From Thermoplasmatota archaeon (GTDB lineage: Archaea; Thermoplasmatota; Penumbrarchaeia; Penumbrarchaeales; Penumbrarchaeaceae), in assembly GCA_965234725.1 (NCBI GenBank), contig CBDDUX010000029.1, positions 1,752 to 65,751 of the forward strand: 64,000 bases of DNA. Reading direction: 5' to 3'. The position numbers were made by a program, and so were the translations under genes. The notes under the pieces were generated by a model. It saw only the letters and a list, made by a program, of their open reading frames with translations. It searched no databases and was not told the origin of the DNA. Numbering within the stretch: position 1 is the first letter of the stretch; each line of letters starts with the position of its first letter. Positions 54,928-63,845 of the stretch are shown here, in pieces.

Positions 54928-57900
54928 TCACTGAAGGTATTGACCTGACTGAGGTCCATCACCAGGAATGTTTGAGACCTGGGCCATTGGTTGCGGTAAT
55001 CCTTGTGGATATTGGCTTGGAGGTAATGGTTGTTGAACGTAACCACCCGTAATTCCCTGCCCTGTTTGCTGTCCCTGTCCCATTGGTGGATACCAATTCT
55101 GCTGCAAGGATTGAGGAGGCGTTTGCATTGTGGATGCCTCCTTCTTTTCTCTCCGTAATGTTAAAAGTACAACGACCATAAGGATCAACAGTAGGACAGC
55201 GATCCCGATCGTTATCGGAAGGAACAGGTCCATGCTGTTTTCTGCGGAAGACCCCGCCTTTATGGAGAGTACCTCGGAATCAGGGGCCTTTCCCACGGAT
55301 GTCACGCCAGCGATCCGATAATTATATCGGACCCCTTCTTTCACATTTTCGTCTATATATGAACCCTTGCCTGCCGGGACCGTGGCAATGATCTGGGGGT
55401 CCCTTCCCTCGATCCATCTGGAGATCTCTACTGCAATGAACGGACTTCCTCCATTGTCATCAGGAAGTGTCCAGCTGATGTTAATGAAACCTCTTCCCGA
55501 TGTAAGTACCAGTTCAAGCGGTGTACCGGGAGAAGACACCGGGATCACCCTTGCCGGATCCGACATTGGGCCCTCCCCCACTTTATTGGATGCGGTCACC
55601 GTTATTGTATATTCGACACCGTTCTCAAGTCCGTCGATCATATAACTGGTGGTAGATATGTTCGATTCCAGAAGTTCCAGAGAACTACCATCCGGAGCAA
55701 GATAAATATTGTAAGAAACAAACCCCACTCCTCCAAGTTCCATGGGAGGCTTCCAATCGACCTTTATCCCACCGTCATTCGGAGTTGTGAGGAGGATCTC
55801 AGGCATTCCCGGGATCGAGAGTGGTATGACTGTCCTGACCTCGCTGAAATCACTCATTGAATATGAATTAAAGGCTCTCACTGCCACGTAGTAGGTCCTT
55901 CCATTGGTGAGCCCGGCCTCATGATGGGTAAGTCCTGATGTCTCTCCCACATTCGATAGGTCCGCTGGTGAACTCCCAAGGTAGACCATATAAGATACCA
56001 AAGGATCGCCTCCATCATCGCTCGGTTGGGACCATGAAATGGTCACCTCTCCATTACCTCCTGAAATAACTATTTCCCTTGGAACGGATGGAGGACCAAG
56101 AGGAGTTGCAGTCACTATCTCCGAAATGGGGCCTTCCCTGAATTCGTTGGACGCCGTAACATAGAATGAATAGGTCTGGCCGTTCACCAACCCTGACATC
56201 TTAAAATCAGTATCATCGATCCCTGTTTCAAACAGAATACTTTCATCATCATCAGGACCACCAACATAGACATTGTAAGTGACAGAATCATCACCACCAA
56301 GGTCGGATGGTGCCCTCCATTTGAGATCTGCCTTCCCCTCTCCTGCCACGACCGATAGCTCTCTGGGTTCGGAGGGTATCCCAATGGGTCTTGAACCCAC
56401 CTTCAATGACTGAGGGCCTTCTCCCTTATCATTTACCGCAGAAACCATGAACAGGTAATGGACTCCATTGACGAGATCCGTCAGATTGAGGTTTGTCTGT
56501 TTGAGACCGACGGCTTTAGTGGAGAATGCGGACCCGCCGGCGCTGATGTAGATATTGTACTTCAGGTCCTCTTCTCCTCCGTTATCCATGGGGGTATCCC
56601 AGTATAAGTGAACATACCCCGGCCCTCTAATAGCTGTCAGATTTTCCGGGGCATCCGGTATTTTCAAAGGTCTCAAGGGAATTGGATTGGATAAAGGACC
56701 TTCTCCCATCCCATTGGTTGCCGACATTGCGTAATAATAGACCTGCCCGTTGACAAGGTCTTCATCCGTGAAGGAGAAATCCTCCAATCCGTCCATGATG
56801 GAAACGAGTCCATCTGGATTCGGCCCACGGTATATATTGAAGGTTATCTCGATATCACCACCAAGGTCTTCCGGGTCCTTCCAATTCAATGTGACAAAGC
56901 TATCACCTGTTGAATAACTGGTGAACTCCGGGGCGGAGGGGGGTCTTGCCGGAATACCCATCACGATCTTGGTCGGGGGTGATTCCCCCACCATGTTCTT
57001 CGCTGTCACATAGTAATAGTATCTCTCTCCGTTGTCAAGGTCCTGGTGAACGAATGAAGTGGTGGTAGCATTTACTTCACCCACCAATTCGAAGGTCCTG
57101 TTCAAGGGTGACATGTAGATATTGTAACCGGTGATCGATTCGTTTCCATCCCTCAGAGGAGTTGACCATGAAAGTGTTAATTCCTGATCCCCCTTTTCAG
57201 CTGAGGGTGAAAGTGGTTTGGAAGGGGGGAACGAATATATCTTGATCCGGCAGATGAAACAGTCTCCATTGCTGAATGTGTCATCATATGCCTCTTCATG
57301 GACTGGAAGATCAGATGAATAAGTAAACCCACTCAGATAAAGGCCATCATTATCATCGAATCCCATCCAGTTGGCGACATCATAATCATTACCACCGAAA
57401 TAGGATGAGAATTCGACATCATCCTTCTCATGATTGAAAATTACAAGGAAGGCATCTTGGTACCCATCCGCCGCTGTATCCAATGGATATTCCGAAAGTG
57501 GGAAATCGGTGGAAGTGGTAGTGCCGCACACCATGACCTTCCCCTCGGGATCAAGGTCAATATAACGCCCTTCCTCATAATCAGAACCTCCGAGGAAAGT
57601 ACCGTACTTAACTGACGAACCCTGCCTGTTGAATTCGATCACGAAGGCGTCCTGGTAACCGCTCATCATCGATTGATATGCGTCCTTTGTAACCGGAAAG
57701 TCGCTCATATATGTATTCCCGGTAAGTAAGATCGAATCACTAGTTATTCTTAGAGAATTGGGCTGAGTATCCTCGTGAATGAATGTCGAAAAATCAAGAC
57801 CTCCATCGCTATCAAATCCTGTTAGAGTTCCCGTCATCCATCTCGAATTCGTGGACTGCTTGAATGCTCCATTGGTGGTTGGAAAGTCCATGCTGGCAGA

Positions 57901-59340
57901 TATACCACAGACAACAATGTCATTCGATGGAGTAATGGCAATATCCGTCGGATTCTCATCGGACCACATATCATCATCTCCTCCAAGGAACGTGGCCCAC
58001 TCCAGGTCCGAAGCGTTCTGGTTCAACTTGATGATATAAAAATCATAATATCCAGTAAGGTTAGCATCGTATGCATTCTTTATCGGAAGGTCCCCTGATT
58101 TGACCCTTGATGTGACATAAGCATACCCATCCTTGTCAACAGCGATACTGCTTCCAAAATCAGTATTGTTACCGGCCAAAAAGGTAGAATAGATCAGGTT
58201 TGTTCCATCTCCTGATATCTTGGATACAAATACATCCGGTGCGAGGACCGGATTACCCCATTCATCTTCCACAATCTGTATCTTGGATGTCTCGTTGAAG
58301 ACACCGGGGGTAACCGGAAAATTAGCTGAAAAAGTGTAACCGGTAACATAGATGTTTCCATCAGGGTCCAGATCAATCCCTTCGGCGATATCATCCGAGT
58401 TCCCACCGAGAAATGTGGAAAAGACCAGAGAATCCAAGTTTCCGTTCATCTTGGTCACAAAGGCCTCGGTGGACCCCTGAAATGTCCTGTCAATTACTCC
58501 TGATGTCTTTGGAAAATCTGAGGAAGACGTATACCCAATAAGGATTACGTCCCCATTTACCATTGCTGAACTTTTACCCATTTCTTCGTACCTTGTACCA
58601 CCCAGGTAGGTACAATACTGAACATAGGGATCGATGATCAAAGGCATTGATACATCATATCGTCCAACATCGAATCTGACAACATCTCCTGTATGATCGA
58701 ATTTGGTTGGTATTATTTCGTTACCCTGCAGTGAGACCAGACCAGCATCTTCAACTATTCCAAAAGGTGTTTTAAGCAGTAGATCTCCATCCGAACTGAT
58801 GTCAATATCCTCAAGTCCAATGAACTGCAATTTTATAAGATCGGGATCCGCCCCGGGTTCAATGATAATATCATATTTCAACATCCCATCATTGATGGAA
58901 AAGATGATATCGATACCATCCCAGAGGTCCTCGTAAACGATCCTTTTGTAACAGTGGACCCCGCTTACCCATCTCTCTTTCTCTCCGATCATATAATTGT
59001 AATAAGTTGACTCTGGATCCTCTGCCGAAGGATCCACTCTTCTGGCTCCAACGAATTCCATTTCATAAGAGAACACACCTTCATCAGGATCGAGAAGGGC
59101 GAAGACAACTGATGAATCAGTGAATCCTGCCCTGAAAGGTCCTATCGTATAGAATCTGATATCATCCCTGGAAAGCTGACCTTCATTTGTCACAAAATGG
59201 TCTCTCTCCATGGATGTATTCTCAGGTGACAATTCCATTTCACTTTCGATATTAACAGCGTCTTCCGGGCTGGAGATCACAGATAATGGAAGGGCTGTGA
59301 TCAACATTATCATCATAACCGCGAGGGGGATGCTTTTCAT
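54928..59340 (-). CDS. Surface protein (1470 aa): signal peptide, SBBP-type beta-propeller repeats, seven FN3 domains, TM, Q/P/G-rich cytoplasmic tail; paralogue of 8795..12589
   Basis: Signal MKSIPLAVMMIMLITALPLSVISS. N-terminal region colinear with the 1264-aa protein (..FVTNEGQ.. / ..FTENRGQ.., ..WDGIDIIFS..LKYDIIIEPGADP..). SBBP motifs (SSDFPKT, SANFPVT, SMDFPTT, MSDFPVT, STDFPLS). Seven FN3. TM ITIGIAVLLLILMVVVLLTL. Confidence 0.85.
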   Translation of the reverse strand: MKSIPLAVMMIMLITALPLSVISSPEDAVNIESEMELSPENTSMERDHFVTNEGQLSRDDIRFYTIGPFRAGFTDSSVVFALLDPDEGVFSYEMEFVGARRVDPSAEDPESTYYNYMIGEKERWVSGVHCYKRIVYEDLWDGIDIIFSINDGMLKYDIIIEPGADPDLIKLQFIGLEDIDISSDGDLLLKTPFGIVEDAGLVSLQGNEIIPTKFDHTGDVVRFDVGRYDVSMPLIIDPYVQYCTYLGGTRYEEMGKSSAMVNGDVILIGYTSSSDFPKTSGVIDRTFQGSTEAFVTKMNGNLDSLVFSTFLGGNSDDIAEGIDLDPDGNIYVTGYTFSANFPVTPGVFNETSKIQIVEDEWGNPVLAPDVFVSKISGDGTNLIYSTFLAGNNTDFGSSIAVDKDGYAYVTSRVKSGDLPIKNAYDANLTGYYDFYIIKLNQNASDLEWATFLGGDDDMWSDENPTDIAITPSNDIVVCGISASMDFPTTNGAFKQSTNSRWMTGTLTGFDSDGGLDFSTFIHEDTQPNSLRITSDSILLTGNTYMSDFPVTKDAYQSMMSGYQDAFVIEFNRQGSSVKYGTFLGGSDYEEGRYIDLDPEGKVMVCGTTTSTDFPLSEYPLDTAADGYQDAFLVIFNHEKDDVEFSSYFGGNDYDVANWMGFDDNDGLYLSGFTYSSDLPVHEEAYDDTFSNGDCFICRIKIYSFPPSKPLSPSAEKGDQELTLSWSTPLRDGNESITGYNIYMSPLNRTFELVGEVNATTTSFVHQDLDNGERYYYYVTAKNMVGESPPTKIVMGIPARPPSAPEFTSYSTGDSFVTLNWKDPEDLGGDIEITFNIYRGPNPDGLVSIMDGLEDFSFTDEDLVNGQVYYYAMSATNGMGEGPLSNPIPLRPLKIPDAPENLTAIRGPGYVHLYWDTPMDNGGEEDLKYNIYISAGGSAFSTKAVGLKQTNLNLTDLVNGVHYLFMVSAVNDKGEGPQSLKVGSRPIGIPSEPRELSVVAGEGKADLKWRAPSDLGGDDSVTYNVYVGGPDDDESILFETGIDDTDFKMSGLVNGQTYSFYVTASNEFREGPISEIVTATPLGPPSVPREIVISGGNGEVTISWSQPSDDGGDPLVSYMVYLGSSPADLSNVGETSGLTHHEAGLTNGRTYYVAVRAFNSYSMSDFSEVRTVIPLSIPGMPEILLTTPNDGGIKVDWKPPMELGGVGFVSYNIYLAPDGSSLELLESNISTTSYMIDGLENGVEYTITVTASNKVGEGPMSDPARVIPVSSPGTPLELVLTSGRGFINISWTLPDDNGGSPFIAVEISRWIEGRDPQIIATVPAGKGSYIDENVKEGVRYNYRIAGVTSVGKAPDSEVLSIKAGSSAENSMDLFLPITIGIAVLLLILMVVVLLTLRREKKEASTMQTPPQSLQQNWYPPMGQGQQTGQGITGGYVQQPLPPSQYPQGLPQPMAQVSNIPGDGPQSGQYLQ
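55252..57228 (-). repeat. Seven tandem FN3 domains (protein-level repeat)
   Basis: Seven ~94-aa units with ..L.W..P.D.GG.....YN(I/V)Y.......L.......T.....L.NG..Y.(F/Y).V.A.N..GEGP.S. Confidence 0.8.
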
Positions 59341-59466
59341 CCTATCACTCTCCCAAGTATGGGATGATACTAACCCTGTCGGATTAAAACTTTGTTGTAC
59401 AACAGTGTAACATCATATAAATGAATAATACATTATAAATCAACTATTTTAATTTAAATATCTATT

Positions 59467-59506
59467 AAAAAAAGGATGACAAACCCCCTTAAGAATCAAA
59501 GGGGGT
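59467..59506 (-). terminator. Hairpin + T7 run downstream of the 458-aa gene (terminator-like)
   Basis: Stem accccctt (59483-59490) / aagggggt (59499-59506) with an 8-nt loop. On the minus strand it is followed by a T7 run (plus-strand A7 at 59467-59473). Begins 17 nt after the stop at 59523. Confidence 0.5.
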
Positions 59507-59522
59507 CGTACTAAAATTCTTC

Positions 59523-60899
59523 CTAACTGCGATAGGATCTCTTTCTGACCAGTATTATCCCGGCAATCAACACAGATGACAGAAGAAGGAATAGTTCAAA
59601 ACCAGGGGTTGGCTCATCATCTATCACATCATCGACATTCGCAGGGACCTCTCCGAAATAGGCAGTGTAGACCGGATCGTGAACGATCCTGTATCCGTCC
59701 CAGTTGGGGAAGAATACTCCATACCAGAATGCCTGTGATCCGAATCCCTTCGGACCAATGGCTTTTGTGCTATCCTTAATGAGCAGTCCCGGTGTGGCCC
59801 AGTTCGATCTGATCTGAGCGGATAGGCCATATGCCATTGATGAAAAGACCTTTGCAGAGAATCCCAATTGCCACGCAACAAGGATCAGATCGTTCAATTT
59901 GGCCTTCATTATCATGTTCTTGGCCTGTAGGTCCTGGGATATGGTGGTATCTTCCACCTCATCAATAAGATCGTAATCACCTCTCAATCCAAGGGAGAAG
60001 GCCCTAGTATCATCGGCAGTGAGATTGATCTCACCATCAATGACCTGATCTCGGTTGGTATTAAGTTCGGAACCATTCCCATCAAGGACCTTGTAATGGG
60101 AAGTGAACACATTGGTAAAATGGACCGCTCCAAAACCGAAATTATCCGGTATTGTCCCCTGAATGTCATTTGCAGGGATGGGGATCCCGAGGATTACAGC
60201 AAAGAGAGTGGTTATCTGTCCAACGGTATAGTAGGTCTCGGATGTGAGTTCACCAGTATCCCTATCGATATTGATATCATAAGTAATGGTAAGTTCAGTG
60301 AACTGAAGGACCCATCCGGTTGCCAGATAGGCTGTTGCAAGGGGGTTCTCTGTCGCTATCGCATACATATTGCGGTAGGTGATCCCGAATTTGAAATGAT
60401 CATCTGATATCTTCTCCACCTGGTGGTTCGTCACGGTTGGAGGATAAGTTCCGTTGATAACATTTCCTGCTCCGAAGGGTATCACATAGAAGAACTTCTC
60501 ACCCGTGCTTGGAACGGTATTGTTATCTGTATCCTCCCAGACACACAGGAATGCCAGTAAAGCTCCTATGAATACTTCCTTTCCAGCGGTTGTATAATAG
60601 TGCATACCGAACATCTGGTAAGGAAGAACACCTCTGTTGCCTTCTTCATCTTCCACCTGGTTCATGGTTATAAGGAACGCTTCGATATCTCCCATGTTCA
60701 AGAATGACACACCGAACTCAGCCGTTTTGTTGTCAGCGGTCCTATTCTCAATGGTGGTATACCATGATTCTTCTTCGAATGTATGACCGAATACCTCTTC
60801 CTCATCTCCCGCTTCCCAACCCTCAACATTGGAAAATTGCACTGATACCAATAGGACCCCCACAAGAAACGATGTCAATACTCCAGCTGTAATTTTCAA
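59523..60899 (-). CDS. Secreted protein of unknown family (458 aa) with signal peptide and PGF-CTERM-like C-terminal sorting signal
   Basis: Signal MKITAGVLTSFLVGVLLVSVQFSNVEG. C-terminus ..DDEPTPGFELFLLLSSVLIAGIILVRKRSYRS = PGF + hydrophobic span + basic tail. Confidence 0.7.
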   Translation of the reverse strand: MKITAGVLTSFLVGVLLVSVQFSNVEGWEAGDEEEVFGHTFEEESWYTTIENRTADNKTAEFGVSFLNMGDIEAFLITMNQVEDEEGNRGVLPYQMFGMHYYTTAGKEVFIGALLAFLCVWEDTDNNTVPSTGEKFFYVIPFGAGNVINGTYPPTVTNHQVEKISDDHFKFGITYRNMYAIATENPLATAYLATGWVLQFTELTITYDINIDRDTGELTSETYYTVGQITTLFAVILGIPIPANDIQGTIPDNFGFGAVHFTNVFTSHYKVLDGNGSELNTNRDQVIDGEINLTADDTRAFSLGLRGDYDLIDEVEDTTISQDLQAKNMIMKAKLNDLILVAWQLGFSAKVFSSMAYGLSAQIRSNWATPGLLIKDSTKAIGPKGFGSQAFWYGVFFPNWDGYRIVHDPVYTAYFGEVPANVDDVIDDEPTPGFELFLLLSSVLIAGIILVRKRSYRS

Positions 60900-61192
60900 T
60901 TAATTACCCCCTGTACTACGTTTGGCCAGAGGTATATAACTGTTTTCTCCTTGTTATGTTATTTATATATTATGAACTGAGGATACGGGTGGGAAAACCT
61001 TTAATAACCATTCAAATAAATGTTAATTCAGCAAGGTCCAGGGATGTCTGTCCCCCCCAAAAGAAAGGGATCCACTTTTCCTTTCCTCCGTATATTGACA
61101 TCCCTGGTTTCTTGGTCGGGTGGTTCACCGGCGTCCTCCTCTTTCTAAGAAAACTATCTAAATCAGAATTTTAATCACTATTTGGGATCGAG

Positions 61193-61570
61193 ATGACTGA
61201 AGAATACAAAAAGGTATATGATGGAGAATACGGAAGTTATATTGATCATCCACAAGGTGAGAACGATAAGCTCTTAGCAGGTTTAAGCTACATTCTGGGA
61301 TGGATCGTTTCTGTTATCGCACTTGTTGCCATCAAACCATTATCGCCCTACCTCAGGTTCCATGCGATCCAGGCATTGGGACTTCAGATCATTATCATGA
61401 TATTATCGGTCCTTCTCTCGATCGGGGCCATGTTCATTGTGGGATTATGCCTGTTACCCTTCCTTATCGGCCTTGCAATCTACACCCTGGTGATTGGTAT
61501 CATCATTCTAACAGGAGGAGACCACAGGGTTCCATGGCTTGGAGACTATGTGGAAGAGAACTTCGTCTAA
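61193..61570 (+). CDS. Small membrane protein, DUF4870-like
   Basis: 125 aa. ..KLLAGLSYILGWIVSVIALVAIKPLSPYLRFHAIQALGLQIII.. matches the DUF4870 pattern (conserved H-x-x-QAL). Confidence 0.55.
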   Translation: MTEEYKKVYDGEYGSYIDHPQGENDKLLAGLSYILGWIVSVIALVAIKPLSPYLRFHAIQALGLQIIIMILSVLLSIGAMFIVGLCLLPFLIGLAIYTLVIGIIILTGGDHRVPWLGDYVEENFV

Positions 61571-61612
61571 AACCATGGGAAGATAGTATTGAACCCCAAG
61601 GACAGGGGTGTT

Positions 61613-62722
61613 TCAATCCTGTCGCCAGGTTGTGAGGAAAACTCCCCCAATGAACACAACCACGGCAAGGATCCCTATGATTATTGCATTGTAGAGGGCC
61701 CCTCCGTAATCGTTGAAGATCATGGCGTCCCTGAGGCCCTCGTTTACATAATAGAGAGGAAGTGCCTTTGCAATTACCTGAAGGAAAGGTGGCATTCCCT
61801 CCACATTGAAGAAGGTTCCAGAGAGGAACATCATCGGAAATGTTATGACATTACCCAATGCTGAAGCCGACTGTGCTTCTTTAATAAACCTTACAAGCAG
61901 CATTGCAAGTCCTGTGAAGAAGAATGCTTCCAGGATAAGGATGAGTATTGCAACTGGATTCATGAAGAACGTGGCTTTGAACACGATGAATCCTACAATA
62001 AGTATGACCCCAGCAGAAAGTGCTGCAGAAAAGAGCTGAAAGAGCATGGTGGAGAGGATCCATTCTCCCCTTGTTATCGGAGTTGTGGAAAGCTTCCTGA
62101 ATATCCCCTTCTGCCTGTTCTCACTATCACCGAATATCGTTCCAAAAACCGCTCCGGTCATCACCGTTAGTCCAAGAACACCGGGAATGAAGAAATCGAT
62201 ATAGGTGAAGTCATCAGAGAAAATGGATTCTGCTGAAAGGACCATAGTATCCTGGACCCCTCCGATCTCCTTGTTCATTTCCTGTAGTATTCCGTTCAGT
62301 ATGGACATCTTGACCTGGGTGGAGCTTTGGGATTCATCGTAAAAGACAGTAATATTGCCAGTTGAATTCATATTCCCCGAAAACCTCTCCTCCATGGCCT
62401 CCCCGTAACCTTCGGGTATCACAATAATGAAATTAGCATCGTTGTCCTCAATGTATGATTTGGGATCTGTGTCCTTACCTAAGGTATCAACTTCGAAGCT
62501 CGGAACATCTCTCAGCATCGATGTAAGGTTCCCTGAAAGTTGACTTCCATCCAGGTCCTGGATCAGGATGGGATATTCCGTATCTCCCGAATCCGAGAAG
62601 ATGAAACCGAAAAGAAGCATGAGCATGACCGGGAAGAGGAATGTGAAGAATAATCCCCCCTTGTCCCTGATGAAACCTTTCAGGTTCACATCAAAGACAG
62701 ACCATATCCTTATGGGATTCAT
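61613..62722 (-). CDS. ABC-2 type transporter permease
   Basis: 369 aa. TM1 followed by a large extracytoplasmic loop, then 5 TM helices. Overlaps the upstream ATPase gene by 4 nt. Confidence 0.8.
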   Translation of the reverse strand: MNPIRIWSVFDVNLKGFIRDKGGLFFTFLFPVMLMLLFGFIFSDSGDTEYPILIQDLDGSQLSGNLTSMLRDVPSFEVDTLGKDTDPKSYIEDNDANFIIVIPEGYGEAMEERFSGNMNSTGNITVFYDESQSSTQVKMSILNGILQEMNKEIGGVQDTMVLSAESIFSDDFTYIDFFIPGVLGLTVMTGAVFGTIFGDSENRQKGIFRKLSTTPITRGEWILSTMLFQLFSAALSAGVILIVGFIVFKATFFMNPVAILILILEAFFFTGLAMLLVRFIKEAQSASALGNVITFPMMFLSGTFFNVEGMPPFLQVIAKALPLYYVNEGLRDAMIFNDYGGALYNAIIIGILAVVVFIGGVFLTTWRQD

Positions 62723-63687
62723 TTCTGGCCCTCCTGTTTCAAACTTTCTCCGGTAAGGATAAGGAAGACCTCTTCCAGATTCGAGCGCCTGACATTGATC
62801 CCCCTGAAATTTATTCCCGCTCCTTTTAGAAGTTCCAGGATCCCCAACAGCTCATCCTTGTTAGCGATGGTCGTGGAAACCTGGCAGTTTCCGTTCTTCT
62901 CACATTTCCGCTCAGATGCCTTAAGAAACATGGCCAGCTTATCATCCGCTCCAGTGAATGTCAGCACCAATCCCTTGCCGTACCTGTCGATGAGTTCATC
63001 GACTGTACCTTCGGCAATGATCTTTCCTCTGTTAATGACAGCTACATGGTCTGCAAGTTCCTGGGCCTCTTCCATGTAATGTGTCGTAAGGAATATCGTC
63101 TTGCCTTCCTCTTTGAGACCTTTGATGACCTTCCAGACCTCCTGTCTGGACTTAGGGTCCAGCCCGGTGGTCGGTTCGTCCAGGAATATTATCTCGGGAT
63201 CATTGACGAGTGAGACAGCTATCCCTACCCTCTGCTTCAGCCCCCCTGAGAGATTCTGATAGAGCTTCTTCTTTTGCTCTTCCAGATTCAGGAGCTTGAT
63301 CAGGTCCTCGACCTTCCTCCCACCTTTGTAGAGCCTCGAGAAGAAAGTTATGGTCTCTTTGACAGTGACCTTGTCAAAAGAGGAGAACTCCTGGGGAAGG
63401 ACACCAATTCTGGGTTTAATCTTGATAGTATCCTTCATGGAATCCATACCAAGTAACCGAATATTCCCCTTGGATGGCTTCCTGATCCCCTCTATCATTT
63501 CCACGGTCGTTGTCTTTCCAGCCCCGTTGGGACCAAGGAATGCGAAGACCTCGCCTCTATTAATCTTAAAATCGATACCGTCAACTGCATTGACCTTGTC
63601 GTAGGTCTTGACGAGGCCCTTGACCTCTATTACGATATCATCATTTGATCCCATGATATTCTCATGTGGTTGAGTTTGAGGTCCCAT
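62719..63687 (-). CDS. ABC transporter ATP-binding protein (ABC-2/DrrA-like exporter ATPase)
   Basis: Walker A GPNGAGKTTT, Q-loop, signature LSGGLKQRVGIA, Walker B IIFLDEPTTGLDP, H-loop TTHYMEEA. Confidence 0.92.
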   Translation of the reverse strand: MGPQTQPHENIMGSNDDIVIEVKGLVKTYDKVNAVDGIDFKINRGEVFAFLGPNGAGKTTTVEMIEGIRKPSKGNIRLLGMDSMKDTIKIKPRIGVLPQEFSSFDKVTVKETITFFSRLYKGGRKVEDLIKLLNLEEQKKKLYQNLSGGLKQRVGIAVSLVNDPEIIFLDEPTTGLDPKSRQEVWKVIKGLKEEGKTIFLTTHYMEEAQELADHVAVINRGKIIAEGTVDELIDRYGKGLVLTFTGADDKLAMFLKASERKCEKNGNCQVSTTIANKDELLGILELLKGAGINFRGINVRRSNLEEVFLILTGESLKQEGQK

Positions 63688-63845
63688 ATATTCTTTTTCC
63701 AGATAAATAACAGCTCAATGTCCTAAGAAGGACTGGACACTGAATGAAATACACATGTGTGTTCCCCAACTCGAGAATAGAGCCAGATCATTTATACACA
63801 TGATCAAGTAGCTTATAAATGGGGTCAGATAGATCGTATCCTGCA

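Noticed and set aside
54997-55011. YPQGL in the Q/P/G-rich tail read as a YPxnL ESCRT/ALIX-type late-domain motif
   Set aside because: A five-residue match in a Pro/Gln/Tyr-rich sequence is expected by chance. There is no evidence for an ESCRT system in this window.
54375-55046. 223-aa minus-strand ORF spanning the junction of two convergent giants
   Set aside because: It overlaps the 3' ends of both real genes in non-coding frames. The Ser-rich low complexity mirrors the acidic tail codons.
60956-61174. 72-aa plus-strand ORF ending in a PGF-like hydrophobic tail, considered as a real small gene
   Set aside because: The N-terminal two thirds look non-protein-like, there is no start context, and the hydrophobic span after PGF is too short for a TM. 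It is kept only as a possible gene remnant (see the finding at 61038).
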